64,000 nt of DNA. It comes from Squalus acanthias. Lineage: Eukaryota. The notes under the pieces were generated by a model. It ran no database searches. It was not told the DNA's origin and worked only from the letters and a program-made list of their open reading frames with translations. Below, piece after piece: positions 37,780-51,284 of the stretch. Position 1 is the first letter of the stretch; each line of letters begins with the position of its first letter. The stretch spans positions 132,868,001-132,932,000 of the forward strand of contig CM059431.1 in assembly GCA_030390025.1 (NCBI GenBank), in the 5' to 3' direction. The translations under genes and the position numbers were made by a program.

Positions 37780-40700
37780 ACAACAAATATACATTCCTTT
37801 AAGGCACAAAAACCCCACAGGAAAAGTGGTCCAACCGTGGCTAACAAGAGAAGTTAAAGATAGTATTAGATCAAAGGAAGAGGCTTATAATGCTGCCAAA
37901 AAGAGTCGTAAGCCTGAGGATTGAGAGGATTTTAGAATTCAGCAAAGGATGAACAAGAAGTTGATAAAGAGAGAGAAAATAGAATATGAGAGTAAACTAG
38001 CAAGAGACATAAAAATAGGTATGTAAAAAGGAAAAGATTAGCAAAAGTAAATGAGGGTCCCTTCCAGGCTGAGACAGGAGAAGTTATAATGGGGAATAAG
38101 GAAATGGCAGAGAAATTAAACAAATACTTTGGCCGCGATTTCACCAGCGGAGGCGGGATCGTGGCGGGAGAGCTGGTTGGTGGGTGCCGGTCCCGCTCCC
38201 GGCTGCAGCTGCTCTGTGAAAAGAATTTTCCGTTAATAGGGCTTAAGCCCTATTAAAAGGAAGTGGGTCTGATGATGTCATTTGATGACACGTCATCAGC
38301 TGGTTTCCTTAAAGGGACCATGGCCGCATTCATTTTGACAGTTGTCCTGTCAGTGTTCTGAAGCATTGAGGTGCTACAAACACTGACAAGCACTGCACAA
38401 AGGTGCAGGGCTGCACCCAGGCTCTCGCATGACTCCCTCCATATGCTTATGGAGGGAGTCACAGCAGGCAGGGAGGTTCTTTTCCTTCCCATGGGCAGAA
38501 GAGACCTTCCCCAGGACACCAACGCAGCCTGGTTGCACATTGTACAGGAGGGCAAAAGCAGAGATGTCGTCGGGAGGACCAGGCTGCAGTGGCGCAAACC
38601 TTTCAATGATCTCAGTAGATCACGAAACGTTACTGCAAAGCCACACTCAACCTCATCCTGCTGTGCCACTCATCACATCCCCATAACTCTGCCTTCCCTA
38701 CCCTACTCCTGCACATCCTTACTCACACCAACTTACCTTGCACCTCCACCCATCCCTCTCTATCAACGTTATCACTTCCCCATCTCACTAGCCACCCCTC
38801 ACACTCACCCTCATCCTAGTGCAATCATACCAACTAACAACACACAAGGGGTGGCACTTGGGTGTTTTATGCAATGTTCATGTAAAATTTCTGTTAATGT
38901 TTGTCAAACATTGAAATCTTTATTTTCAACACTTTGCCTTGTTGTACAGATCTGTGATCACCTTTAGAAGTGTCTTAGTGAGTTCCAGTGAATGGTGACA
39001 CATAACGGTATCCCCCGCAATGGTGATGAGTGTGAAAGGAATGGCTTGGGCATTGTAGGAATGCTTTATGGTGCTGGAGTGGGATCGTGTTAACCTGGCG
39101 CATCATGTGGCAGCCAGGGTGTATAGTATCAAGTGAAGTAAATCTGGCCATGGTGATGCCATCACTGGCCTCCCTGGCAGCAATGTGGTCGGGTGCTGAT
39201 GCCCTGTGTCCTGTGCAGCATCAGGTGATTGCGGAGAAGGTTGGTATTGTTGTTGGTGATGTTGGTGTGCCTGGTGATGCTGGTGTTGGGGCTGGTCATG
39301 GAGGGATTCAGAGGACCAAGGTGAGATATTCTCAAGGGCACCGATGTTGCTGGAATAGATGGCAGCTGAAGTTGAGATGACAGCAGCGATCTGTCAATGG
39401 TGAGAGAGCTTGCTGCAAGGAGGTGACAGTGTATAGAGAGTTTACTCCAAACACTTCCAAACTGCATACAGCTCAAAAGTGTCTTCCAAGGCCTGAAGGC
39501 TCAATCTTCTAACATTGGAAAGTGACCAGCTGTGAAATGATAGCTTTCATACCACTTTTGCAGCTGTCACCTATTCACAGCAATGGGGAGATATAGAGAA
39601 CCCGACTTACTTACCTGGTGTGATCTCCGAACGACGTGAAGCCCGTTAAAAATGTGAGAAAATAGAAAAAGGCTGGCAAAATAGTGGTTAACAAGCATTT
39701 AACAAGCAGTTAACTATCTTAAATGCCTCCCCCGCCGCTTGGTATTGGGTCTGTTCTGAAATCGCAGACTCGACACTTTGGAAATTTACGTGGAGGTGGG
39801 TTCATTGCGGGTTACCAACACACTGTCAATCATTTCGATTTTGACAGCGTATCCGCCTCCAAACCCGCACTCTGAGCGCTGGCAAAATTCAGCCCTTTGT
39901 GTCTGTCTTCACGGAAGAAGGCACAAAAAAGCTCCCAGAAATAGTGGAGAACCAAGGGTCTAGTGAGAATGAGGAACTGAAAGAAATTAGTATTAGTAAA
40001 AAAATAGTACTGGAGAAATTAATGGGACTGAAAGTCGATAAATCCCTGGGGCCTGATGGCCTACATCCTAGGTTTTAAAAGAGGTGGCTATAGAGATAGT
40101 GGATGTATTGGTTGTCATTTTACAAAATTCCATAGATTCTAGAACGGTTCCCGTGGATAGGAATGTAGCAAATGTAACCCTACTATTTAATAAAGGAGGG
40201 AGAGAGAAAATGGGGAACTACAGACCAGTTAGCCTGAAATCAGTAGTAGGGAAAATGCTAGAATCTATTATTAAGGACGTGGTAACAGGGCACTTAGAAA
40301 ATAATAATAGGATTGGGCAGAGTCAACACAGATTTATGAAAGGGAAATCGTGTTTGAAGAATCTGTTAGAGTTTTTTGAGGTTGTAACTAGCCGAATAGA
40401 TAAGGGGGAACCAGTGGATGCGGTGTATTTGGATTTTCAGAAGGCATTCGATAAGGTGCCACACAAGAGGTTATTAAACAAAATTAGGACTCATGGGATT
40501 GGGGGTGATATACTAGCATGGATTGAGGATTGGTTAACGGACAGAAAACAGAGAGTAGGAGTAAACAGGTCATTTTCAGGTTGGCAGGCTGTAACTAGTG
40601 GGGTACCGCAAGGATCAGTGCTTGGGCCTCAGCTATTCACAATCTACATCAACAATTTTGATGAGGTGACCAAATGTAATATATCCAAGTTTGCTGATGA

Positions 40701-41599
40701 TACAAAGCTAGGTGGGAATGTAAATTGTGAGGAGGATGCAAAGAGGCTTCAAGGGGATATAGACAGCCTAAGTGAGTGGGCAAGAACATGGCAAATAGAA
40801 TATAATGTGGAGAAATGTGAAGTTATCCACTTTCGTAGGAAAAATAGAAAAGCAGAGTATTTTTTAAATGGTGAGAGATTGGGAAATGTTGGTGTTCAGA
40901 GGGACATGGGTGTCCTTGTACACGAATCACTGAAAGTTAACATGCAGGTATAGCAAGCAATTAGGAAAGCAAATGGTATGTTGGCCTTTATTACAAGAGG
41001 ATTTGAGAATAAGAGTAAAGGCATCTTACTGCAATTGTATAGGGCCCTGGTGAGACCACACCTGGAGTATTGTGTACAGTTTTGGTCTCTTACCTAAGGA
41101 AGGATTTGCCATAGAGGGAGTGCAACGAAGGTTCACCAGACTGATTCCTGGGATGGGGGGATTGTCCTATGAGAGGAGATTGAGTAAACTAGGCCTATAT
41201 TCTCTAGAGTTTAGAAGAATGAGAGGTGATCTCATTGAAACATACAAAATTATTACAGGGCTTGACAGTGTAGATGCAGGGTGTCTAGAACCAGGGGTCA
41301 CAGTCTCAAAATAGTGGGTCAACCATTTAGGACTGAGATGAGGAGAAATTTCTTCACTCGGAGGGTGGTGAATCTTTGGAATTCTCTACCCAGAGGGCTG
41401 TGGAGGCTCAGTCGTTGAATATATTCAAGACAGAGATCGATAGATTTTTGAATATTAATGTAATCAAAGGATATGGGGATAGTGCAGAAAGTGGAGATGA
41501 GGTAGAAGATCAGCCATGAACTTATTGAATTGCGGAACAGGCTCGAAGGGCCAAATGGCCTACTCCAGCTCCTATTTCTTATGTTCTTATGTTCTTATG
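37780..41599 (+). mobile_element. CR1 LINE ORF2 to 3' tail, interrupted by Harbinger D
   Basis: ORF 40084..40953 RT motifs, NKYF|VSVFT split across the insertion, (ATGTTCTT)n tail. Confidence 0.95.
38131..39895 (+). mobile_element. Harbinger deletion derivative (D)
   Basis: TTT TSD; ends GGCCGCGATTT...AAAATTCAGCCC; Myb exon 1 at ~38375-38627 (+) and fused transposase N/C termini at ~39140-39345 (-). Confidence 0.92.
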
Positions 41600-41885
41600 G
41601 AAGGAGGGACTGCCAGAATGTGAGGCCTAGGTGGCTGAAGGCATGGCCAGCAAAGGTGGGGTGAATAGAGGGGGGATGCACAAGAGGCCAAAATCAGGGG
41701 AATGGAAAGTTCGGGGGGATGGATGTAGCACTGGAGGAGGTTACATAGATAGGGAGGAGGTGAAGCCATAGAGAGATTTAAGCACAATGATGAGGCATTG
41801 GGGGTTCAGGACCCAATGGAGATTGGTGCAGACAGGAGTGATAGTTAAGCGGGACTTGGTGCAAATGAGTTTCAGTTTAGATGTA
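41600..41885 (-). mobile_element. L2 LINE 3' fragment
   Basis: Reverse similarity to 52554-52968 (LHW...PPYLCNLLQ). Confidence 0.7.
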
Positions 41886-42033
41886 GGAAGTAACAACGGA
41901 AGAAAAAATGGAAAGACACATGGTCATTGTCCAATGAAACTGCTTACCCCTAAGAACTATTTACAGTTTACTCTATTATATACCCTACCCAATCCACTCC
42001 AACTCCTGAGGGAGACAATGAGCCACAAATAAT

Positions 42034-42797
42034 GGCCCGAAAATTAGACCTAATACGCGAGAGTACGCACTGTGTACTCTCGCGTTTTAGGTCTCCAATT
42101 GCCGGTTTCCTGCATGCACTGCGCATGCGCGGGAAACCGGCACTTCGTGAATTCAAAAGGGGGCGGTTCCTAAGTGAACCGTGTGCGCACTACAGGCTGC
42201 GCGCACGCAGTGCACTTAGTTATTTTTGCAGCTTTGAACGCGCAGGTAAGTGTTGAAGATTTTACACATAAAGAAAGCAGGCGTAGGACCCCCTTTTAAC
42301 AAGGCAAGTAGTTAATTAAGTGTTATTTTAAATTTTTTTCAACAGGTTTATCTTTTTTAGAGACTTTAAAGAAAGGTAAGTTTATTTTTATAACTTATAA
42401 AAAGATTTTAAATTTTTTCAAAAATTTAATTTTTGGTTTAAAGTGGTTAATTTATTTAACTATACTTATTTTATTAATGTGATGGCTTTTTTAAAAATTT
42501 AATTGAGGTTTAGCTGTTCTTTTGGGGGGGTTTAGTATTCATAGCTTTGACAGCTCTTGCCGTCAAAACTATGAATGAATGATGGTGTGCTGCCATTGGC
42601 TCTAACTGAATCACGTGATCCCAGAGCTCGCACGAACTAATTGCGTCTCTGGGACACGCAAGCACTGCACGGCTGCATGTGGGACTGGCCTTGAAACTAA
42701 AGTTCGTGTGGGCCCGGAGGAAAAAGGTAGGCGCGGAGTGAGATATCGCGGGGAAGCCTTACCCCCGCGTGAACACTCACTGTTTAATTTCTGGGCC
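42034..42797. mobile_element. Harbinger-type MITE (family B)
   Basis: Ends GGCCCGAAAATT...AATTTCTGGGCC, AAT TSD, highly similar to 3732-4475 in the same orientation. Confidence 0.9.
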
Positions 42798-42849
42798 AAT
42801 ACCTCTTTGAGATACCATCTTTAAGATATTTTCTTTCCTTCTTTCTGTT

Positions 42850-43630
42850 TTGATCTCCCCATGATGTACTACATTAGAACTGTGAAACTGACAGGAACTT
42901 CTGGCATCTGCATATGCGCAGTTAAATGCGGAAATCCAGAAGTTGCTGTCAGTCATTCCCGCTCCTCCACAGGGCCGCTGTTGAACTCCTTGCAGCCGGC
43001 AATCAATGGAAATCACTGAACTGACAAGACCTTCAGCTTTTCCGCTCTAATGTCACTGTAAAAAAAATGAAGAAGCTAAGTCTTGTTCAATGAGGTGTAA
43101 CTGGGTTTTTAACGGTGTACTGAGCAATGTTCCCTTTAATTTTTTGAGGTGAGCAGCCCCTTTAAGGGGCTGCGCAGCCATTCAAAATACCACGCATGCG
43201 TAGTTTATCCCATTTAAAAAGAAAAAAAGAAAGACTTGCATTTATATAGCGCCTTTCACGGCCACCAGATGTCCCAAAGTGCTTTACAGCCAATTAAGTA
43301 CTTTTTTTTAAGTGTAGTGACTGTTGTAATGTAGGAAAATCTGGTTAGCCAGCTTGATGACATCACAGTTGCTGGACGCTAGAGATCCCCGAGACTTGCC
43401 GCCAGAATCAAATTAACATCAGGAGAGGTGAAATCCACACCACGGAGATCGCTAGATCTTTACAGGCAGCTTTCTTCGAGATCAGCAGCGAGCACCATCA
43501 CTTCGCCGCTGACCGCAAAATCCGGGTCAATATGTTTTGGTGGTGTTGGTTGAGTGAGGAATGTTGACCAAGATACTGGGACAGATCCCTGCTCTGCTTC
43601 AAAAAATGTCATGGGATGATGTGTGATCTC
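42850..43630. repeat. Patchwork of family-H MITE pieces (42850-43130, 43345-43528) and a minus-strand Deu-SINE (43220-43340, 43530-43630)
   Basis: Reverse matches to 23700-23835 and to 45900-46488; the MITE piece ends GCAAAATCCGGGTC|AAT. Confidence 0.55.
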
Positions 43631-44154
43631 CTCCCAGTATCATAAATGTCTCTAAAACTGATCATTAGGACATATGTAAGGTAGCCCGAGAGTGATTCTC
43701 CCTCTTTGTCCCCTTTCTTTGGCAAGGGACCAGGTCTTTGTTTTTCTGTCTCTCCATGACTGCATGGCTCAGGTAGCTTTTTTCTCTTTATTCTTTTCAA
43801 CTTATTTTCATTTCTTGTTTTCTTGCCTTTTATTGTCTCCAGTTTTATTCTTCTTTTCCCCAAGATTAAAAAGTAATGAACATTTTATCCAATTTTCCCC
43901 CTTTATTAGCTATTTGACTACATACCTTGACCTCTGGTTGAGAAGGTAGGAGATGGGTGATTGTGGATGTTTCATTGGGCTTCTAAAAGTCGTTGGACGG
44001 GGCCAGTAAGATCTAACTTCTGGGTGAATCTTTGCTAATTTTCCAACCAAATTTATGTCAGCTGAAATTGTGATTTGAACAGGTCTCCACTCCATGGTGC
44101 AGTGAATTAACACCTTGCACTATGGGACCTTTCTTTTTAAAATATTTCACTAGC

Positions 44155-44520
44155 CACCTCGATAACTTAGTGGTAAGTATGTAACATGTTGTAACATTGA
44201 GCCATTCAGCCCAGGAAGGTCATTAGTTTGAGTCCTTAGTCTGTGCTGAGTTTTCAGTGGAAACAGTACAATTATCCTTAGTGTCGTCAGGTTAGATAAA
44301 TCAGACAAAGTACCAACTCTTGCTGGTACATGTGTCGACAATGATTGAGGACAGGATTGTACTCAGCTGTGATGCCCCTCTCCCAACATAGTCTATTAGT
44401 CTACTAACAGTCATTAGTCTAGACTTAAAATGTGAAGAATGGTCACATGGGCAAGTTAATGGAGGGCTGTCAGTATCCATGAAACTACCTTGCCATACTT
44501 TAAACAGAAATAGGGTTACG
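44155..44520 (+). repeat. Old tRNA-head SINE-like repeat
   Basis: Degenerate A box (TAACTTAGTGG) and B box; body shared with 19800-20180 and head with 53803-53990. Confidence 0.45.
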
Positions 44521-44689
44521 GAAGAAAACTGGGAACCAATATTTTATTGACTGACAAGCATAAGCAAACAACATGAAAAAAATTCTTACATTGAATTAAA
44601 TCTGATGCAAATTTGAAAGTGGCTGAAATTGCTTGACTGTTCTGGCGATTTCCACCGCAACTCTGGTGGGGATCTAGCGGAGTGACTGC

Positions 44690-45430
44690 AAACTATCTTG
44701 TATTTATAGCCTCTAGTTTTGGATTCTCCTACAAGTGGACCATGTTCTCTACATCTACCCTGTCCAACCTATTGGTAATTTTAAAGACCTCTACCAGGTC
44801 TCCTCTAAGTCTTACGATAGCAAAATACTGCAGATGCTGGAAATCCGAAATAACAACAGAAAACGCTGGAAAAACTCAGCAGGCCAGGCAGCATCCGTAG
44901 AGAGAGAAAGAGAGTTGACGTTTCCTCTAAGTCTTCTCTTTTCTACCGATAGCTATAATCTCTCAGTTCTGGGACCATCCTTGTAAATCTTTTTTCACTT
45001 TCTCCACTACTTCTATGTCCTTTTTATAGAATGGAGACCAAAACTGTGCACAGTACTCTAAGTGTGGCCTGACCAGGGTCCTGTACAAGTTTAACATAAC
45101 TTCACTATTTTTGAATTCTATACCCCTAGATATAAATCCCAGTGCTTTGGTAGCATTTTTAATTGCTTTGCTGAACTGCAGATGTTGCTTTCAATGATTT
45201 GTTCACCTGTATCCCTAGATCCCTTTGCTCTTCTACCCCATTCAGTTTCTTATTTTCTAAGGTGTAGGTGATGTTGCTGTTTTTCCTACCAAAGTGCATC
45301 ACCTCACATTTATCTATGTTAAAGTTCATTTGCTACTTAACTGCCCAGTCTGCAAGTTTTCTAATGTCTTCTTGTATTATGTTGCATTCTTCTCCATGTT
45401 AGCTATACCCCCCAGTTTGGTACTATCTAT
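44690..45430 (-). mobile_element. Old CR1 LINE fragment
   Basis: DSTKLGGIAN and [15 protein letters not shown] remnants on the minus strand. Confidence 0.8.
44814..44922 (-). mobile_element. Hammerhead-family short retroposed repeat, 13-bp TSD, starts at the GAAA box
   Basis: TSD TCCTCTAAGTCTT (44801-44813, 44923-44935); minus strand begins (GA)AACGTCAACTCTC. Confidence 0.88.
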
Positions 45431-45899
45431 AGGTGTAGGTAGTTCTTGCACCCACCCCTTCAGTACTGACATCACTGAAAGAGGCGGTGGGATAACACCA
45501 TCCACTGGAATTCCCTCCAGTACAGCTCCATTGCCCCCAACTTTATACATGCCGAGTCTACATTCTGGTGGAAATGACGGCCCACAACATTTTGAAAGGC
45601 CAGATCCCTTCGCTCCGTGATCCTTTTCTAAATGGGCCACTTTTCTACAAATATTAAAAATCTTCCTCAAGCATTGCTGCTAATTCCTGCCTCCACCCCA
45701 CCTAGTGCACACCACAGCTGCGCTGTGAATGGTTTCATCACTTACCTGATTCATGCAAATGCTTTGCTCCCAGCAATTCAAGCAGGGTAGAGGGCACATC
45801 GTTAGTGAGCTGAAGTCCTACTCCTCCATGGTTACAGCAGTGGAGCAGGATGCTTGGATCCTTGGGGACCAAAGTTCTGATTTTTATTATTCTGATTCC

Positions 45900-46488
45900 G
45901 TCTTTTAGATGACATTAAACCGAGGCCACGTCTTCCCTCACAGGTGGACGTAAAAGATCCCATGGCATTATTTCGAAGAAGGGCAAGGAGTTCTCCTCAG
46001 TGTCCTGGCCAATATTTATCCTTCAACCAACATAACTATGACAGATTATCTGGTCAATACAACAACAACAACTTGCATTTAACAATAGTAAAACATCCCA
46101 AAGCACTTCCCAGGTGTGTTATCCAACAACATTTGACACCGAGCCACATAAGGAGATATTAGGACAGGTGGCCAAAAGCTTGGTCAAAGAGGTAGGTTTT
46201 AAGGAGCGTCTTAAGAGGGAGAGAGAGGTAGCGAGTTGGAGAGGTTTAGGGAGGGAATCCAGAGTTTAGTGGTGAACAAGACTTGGTGCGAGTTAGGATA
46301 TGGGCTGCAGGGTTTTGGATGAGTTCAATTTGATGTTTGTGGGTCCTAGCCTATGAATTGGCTGCTGTGTTTGCGACATTACCACGATGACTACACTTCA
46401 AAAGTACTTCATTGGCTGTAAAGTGCTTTGGAATGTCCTGAGGTCGTAAAAGACGCTTTATAAATGCAAGTCTTTCTTTCTTTTTTTC
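45900..46488 (+). mobile_element. Deu-domain SINE (SacSINE1-like) with a minus-strand L2 3' end inserted at ~46058-46332
   Basis: TTAAACCGAGG...AAAGATCCCATGGCA...GTGTCCTGGCCAA resembles the Deu domain; L2-like tail TATAAATGCAAGTCTTTCTTT; inner piece is the reverse of 52790-52968. Confidence 0.7.
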
Positions 46489-47250
46489 ATGTTTGAGAGC
46501 TTTCTTCACTTGCCAACTCCCAAAATAAGCAGTAAGGTAATGTTGATGGGGTGTCATATGGCAGTTGTATTCTGAAAGGGCTGTATTCTGCCCAGCAAGC
46601 TTGTGCTACTCCTCTGTAGGTCTTAAGTTTTGATACAGTTCTACTGTACTTGAGGCATATTTAAGAGTACAGATGCATATAAAATGATAAACTCCTATGC
46701 CCATATTTACAAATTTGGAAACTGCCTATGAAGATTCTGCACTGGCACCACTGTCAGGAGGGTGTAGTTACAGCGTGATAACTTTATAGAGGTACCTTCC
46801 ATTAAAAATGTGGATATAGTAATTTACAATGAAAATAAGGGCAAGGCCATGGGAGATGCACAAGTATATATAATGCACAAATGGTGTGAATTACAGAGAA
46901 AAACGTGACATTTTAGGAGACACATATCACAAGCAGAACTGATGTGTTTAATAGAGCTGGACTGCAGATCTCTGAGTTCTATACTTGTTATGGTTATTTT
47001 CATTGGTTTGATAGGCTGTCAATACTATACTGAATGGAAAATATATTTCCTTATTTCTGCAATAGGACAAATTAAATAATACAGTAACTGAAGCAGTAGC
47101 AATATCATTACAAACCTCTGAGTAATGTGGAATGTGAACAGAAACTAAGGAAATTAATAGAGTTTTTTTTTTAAAGAACTTATTATATGGAAACAATTTA
47201 ATCTTTTTTCAAATGCATTTAATTGTTTTAAAATATGCAACAAATAACAA

Positions 47251-47373
47251 AAAGGTCATCGACCGGAAACGTTAACTCTGTTTCTCTCTTCACAGATGCT
47301 GTGACCTGCTGAGTATCTCCAGCATTTTCTGTTTTTATTTCAGATTTCCAGCATCTGCAGTACTTTCTTTTTT
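47251..47373 (+). repeat. Hammerhead-family short repeat, truncated inside the CUGAUGA box
   Basis: AAAGGTCATCGACCGGAAACGTTAACTCTG followed by the family body. Confidence 0.8.
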
Positions 47374-47769
47374 CAATTAGAGTGGGTTGTTCTTGGCATT
47401 TTGCACTGTCCACTTTAAACTTGGGCATGATTGTACCTCCACATTGTACCAATGGCAGCCTGAATCAACTCAACTGAAGGCATTTACACTGCGGAACTGA
47501 GAAAGTGCTAATTATCTCACTACTGAGAGTTGGAGTTCAGATTTCTAATTTTTTTTAAATTCGCTTATGGGATGTGGGTGTCGCTGGCAAGGCCAGCATT
47601 TATTGCCCATCCCTAGTTGCCCTTGAGAAGGTGGTGGTGAGCCATCTTCTTGAGCCGCTGCAGTCCGTGTGGTGAAGATTCTCCCACAGTGCTGTTAGGG
47701 AGGGAGTTCCAGATTTTGACCCAGCGACAATATAGGATCGGCGATATATTTCTAAGTCAGGATGGTGTG

Positions 47770-49015
47770 GATGTAACTGGGAAAATAGATAAGGGAGAAC
47801 CAGTAGATGTGGTGTATTTGGACTTTCAAAAGGCTTTTGATAAGGTCCCGCATAAGAGATTAGCGTGTAAAGTTAAGGCACATGGGATTGGGGGCAAGGT
47901 ATTGACTTGGATAGAGAACTGGTTGGCGGACAGAAAGCAAAGAGTAGGAATTAATGGGTCTTTTTCCGAGTGGCAAGCAGTGACTAGTGAGGTACCGCAG
48001 GGATCGGTCCTTGGACCCCAGCTATTCACAATATACATTAATGATCTAGATAAGGGAACTAAATGTAATATCTCCAAGTTTGCAGATGACACAAAGCTGG
48101 GTGGGAGTGTGTGCTGCGAGGAGGATACCGAGAAACTCCAGGATGATTTGAACAGGTTGGGTGAGTGGGCAGAAGCGTGGCAGATGCAATATAACGTGGA
48201 TAAATGTGAGGTTATCCACTTTGGTGTCAAAAACAGAAAGGCAGACTATTATCTGAATGGCAATAGATTGGGAGAAGGGAAAGTGCAACGAGACCTGGGT
48301 GTCCTTGTGCACCAGTCGCTGAAGGTAAGCATGCAGGTGTAGCAGGCGGTGAAGAAGGCAAATGGTATGTTGGCCTTCATAGCGAAAGGGTTTGAGTATA
48401 GGAACAGGGATGTCCTGCTGCAGTTGTACAGGGCCTTTGTGAGACCACACCTTGAGTACTGTATGCAGTTTTGGTCGCCTTATCTGAGGAAGGATGTTCT
48501 TGCCATGGAAGGAGTTCAGCGAAGATTCACAAGGCTGATACCTGGGATGGCAGGAATGACATATGAGGAGAGATTGGGTCGATTGGGCTTATACTCGCTG
48601 GAGTATAGAAGAATGAGAGGGGATCTCATCGAAACATAAAATTTTGACAGGTCTGGACAAACTAGATGCAGGAAGAATGTTCCCGATGGTCGGAGAGTCC
48701 AGAACCAGGGATCATAATCTAAGGATAAGGGGTAAGCCATTTAGGACAGAAATTAGGAAGAATTTCTTCACCCAGAGAGTGGTGAACCTGTGGAATTCTC
48801 TACCACAGAAGGTAGTTGAGGCCAAGTCATTAAATATATTCAAGAATGAGTTAGATATATTTCTTAAAGCTAAAGGTATCAATTGATATGGGGAGAAGGC
48901 AGGTACAGGGTACTGAGTTTGGATGATCAGCCATGATCTCATCGAATGGTGGAGCAGGCTCGAGGGGCCGAATGGCCTACTCCTGCTCCTATCTTCTATG
49001 TTTCTATGTTTCTAT
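47770..49015 (+). mobile_element. Young CR1 LINE, 5'-truncated
   Basis: RT motifs, (ATGTTTCT)n tail, GTGTG duplicated at 47765-47769 and 49016-49020. Confidence 0.95.
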
Positions 49016-50169
49016 GTGTGTGACTTGGAGGGGAACTTGGAGGTGGTGGTGTTCCCATGTGCCTACTGCCCTTGTCCTTCTAGGTGGAAGAGGTCGCGGG
49101 TTTGGGAGGTGATGCCGAAGAAGACTTGGTGAGTTGCTGCAGTGCATCTTGTAGATGGTACACACTGTAGCCACGGTACGCCGGTGGTGGAGGGAGTGAA
49201 TGTTTAAGGTGGTGGATGGGGTGCCAATCAAATGGGCTGATTTGTCCTGGATGGTGTCGAGCTTCTTGAGTGTTGTTGCAGCTGCGTTCATTCAGGCAAG
49301 TGGAGAGTATTCCATCACATTCCTTACTTGTGCCTTGTAGATGGTGGAAAGGCTTTGGGGAGTCAGGAGGTGAGACACTCGCCACAGAATACCTAGCATC
49401 TGACCGGCTCTTGTTGCCACAGTATTGATGTGGCTGGTCCAGTTAAGTTTTTGTTCAATGGTGACCCCCCAGGATGTTGATGGTGGGGAATTCGGCGATG
49501 GTAATGCCATTGAATGTCAAGGGGAGGTGGTTAGACTCTCGTTTGTTGGAGATAGTCATTGCCCGGCACTTCTGTGGCGCGAATGTTACCTGCCACTTAT
49601 CAGCCCAAGCCAGAACGTCATCCAGGTCTTGTTGCATGCGGACATGCACTGCTTCATTATCTGAGGAGTTGTGAATGGCTCTGAATACTGTGCAGTCATC
49701 AGCGAACATCCCCATTTCTGACCTTATGTTGGAGGGAAGGTCATTGATGAAGCAGCTGAAGATGGTTGGGCCTAGGACACTGCCCTGAGGAACTCCTGCA
49801 GCGATGTCCTGGGGCTGTGATGATTGACCATCAATCACCACAACCATCTTCCTTTGTGCTAGGTATGACACCAGCCAGTGGAGCGTTTTCCCCCTGATTC
49901 CCATTGACTTCAGTTTTACTAGGGCTCCTTGATGCCACACTTGGTCAAATGCTGCCTTGATGTCAAGGGCAGTCACTCTCACCTCACCTCTGGAATTCAG
50001 CTCCTTTGTCCATGTTTGGACCAAGGTTGTAATGAGGTCTGGAGCCGAGTGGTCTTGGCGGAACCCAAACTGGGCATCAGTGAGCAGGTTATTGGTGAGT
50101 AAATGTCGTTTGATAGCACTGTCAATGACACCTTCCATTACTTTGCTGATGATTGAGAGTAGACTGATG

Positions 50170-50351
50170 ATGCTTTGTTCTCTATCTATATATGCTTTGG
50201 CGATTCTGTATCTAATTTACTTCACCTGAGGAAGGAGCAATCGATAGCTCCGAAAGCTTGTGATTTCAAATAAAACTGTTGGACTATAACCTGGTGTTGT
50301 GCGACCTCTCAATTTTGTCCACCCCAGTCCAACACCGGCATCTCCGCATCA
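50170..50351 (+). mobile_element. Penelope-like terminal fragment (~180 bp)
   Basis: Near-identical reverse complement of 60821-61002; interrupts the host LINE RT at NYRP|ISLL. Confidence 0.88.
50222..50263 (+). ncRNA. Minimal type-I hammerhead ribozyme motif
   Basis: TCAC-CTGAGGA-A-GGAGC-AATCGATA-GCTCC-GAAA-GC-TT-GTGA: stem I TCAC/GTGA, stem II GGAGC/GCTCC, palindromic AAGCTT in place of stem III. Confidence 0.8.
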
Positions 50352-51198
50352 GGGGCGGTAATTGGCAGGGTTGGATTTGTCCTGCTTTTTGTGGACAGGA
50401 CATACCTGGGCAGTTTTCCACATTGTCGGATAGATGCCAGTGTTGTCGCTGTACTGGAACAGCTTGGCTAGAGGCGCGGCTAGTTCTAGAGCACAAGCCT
50501 TTAGCACAATAGCTGGGATGTTGTCGGGGCCCATAGCCTTTGCTGTATTCAGTGAGCGCAGCCATTTCTTGATATCACGTGGAGTGAATCGAATTGGCTG
50601 AAGACTGCTTCTGTGATGGTGGCGACCTCAGGAGTAGGCCGATAAGGATCATCCACTCAGCACTTCTGGCTGAAGATGGTTGCAAACGCTTCAGCCTTGT
50701 CTTTTGCACTCACGTGCTGGGCTTCACCATCATTGAGGATGGGGATATTCGTGGAGCCTCCTCCTCCTGTTAGTTGTTTAATGGTCAACCACCATTCACG
50801 ACTGGATGTGACAGGACTGCAGAGCTTTGATCTGATCTGTTAATTGTGGGATCTCTTCGCCCTATCTATAGCATGCTGCTTCTGCTTTTTAGCATGCGTG
50901 TTGCAGCTTCCCCAGGTTGGCACCTCATTTTTAGGTATGCCTGGTGCTGCTCCCGGCATGCTCTTCTACACTCCTTATTGAACCAGGGTTGGTCCCCTGG
51001 CTTGATGGTAATGTTAGAGTGAGGGATATGCCGGGCCATGAGGTTACAGATTGTGGTGGAATACAATTCTGCTGCTGCTGATGGCCCACAGCGCCTCATG
51101 GATGCCCAGTTTTGAGCTGCCAAATCTGTTCTGAATCTATCCCATTTAGCACGGTGGTAGTGCCACACAACACGATGGAGGGTGTCCTCAGTGTGAAG

Positions 51199-51284
51199 AC
51201 GACAACACCCAGCTCTACCTCACCACCACTTCTTTTGACCCCTCCACATTGCTTGTCCGACATCCAATATTGGATGAGCAGAAA
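51199..51284 (+). mobile_element. L2 RT fragment
   Basis: DNTQLYL (DDTQLY) and CLSDIQYWMSRN. Confidence 0.6.

Larger units (their letters stand above)
47548..51198 (-). mobile_element. Second LINE family (Jockey/CR1-superclade RT, clade not assigned), interrupted by a CR1 and a Penelope end
   Basis: ORFs 50866..51168, 50349..50534 (GPDNIP...NPANYRP) and 49455..50138 (QFGFR, ALDIKAAFD, GVPQGSVLGP, FADD); 3' end with A-tail at 47548-47769. Confidence 0.88.
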
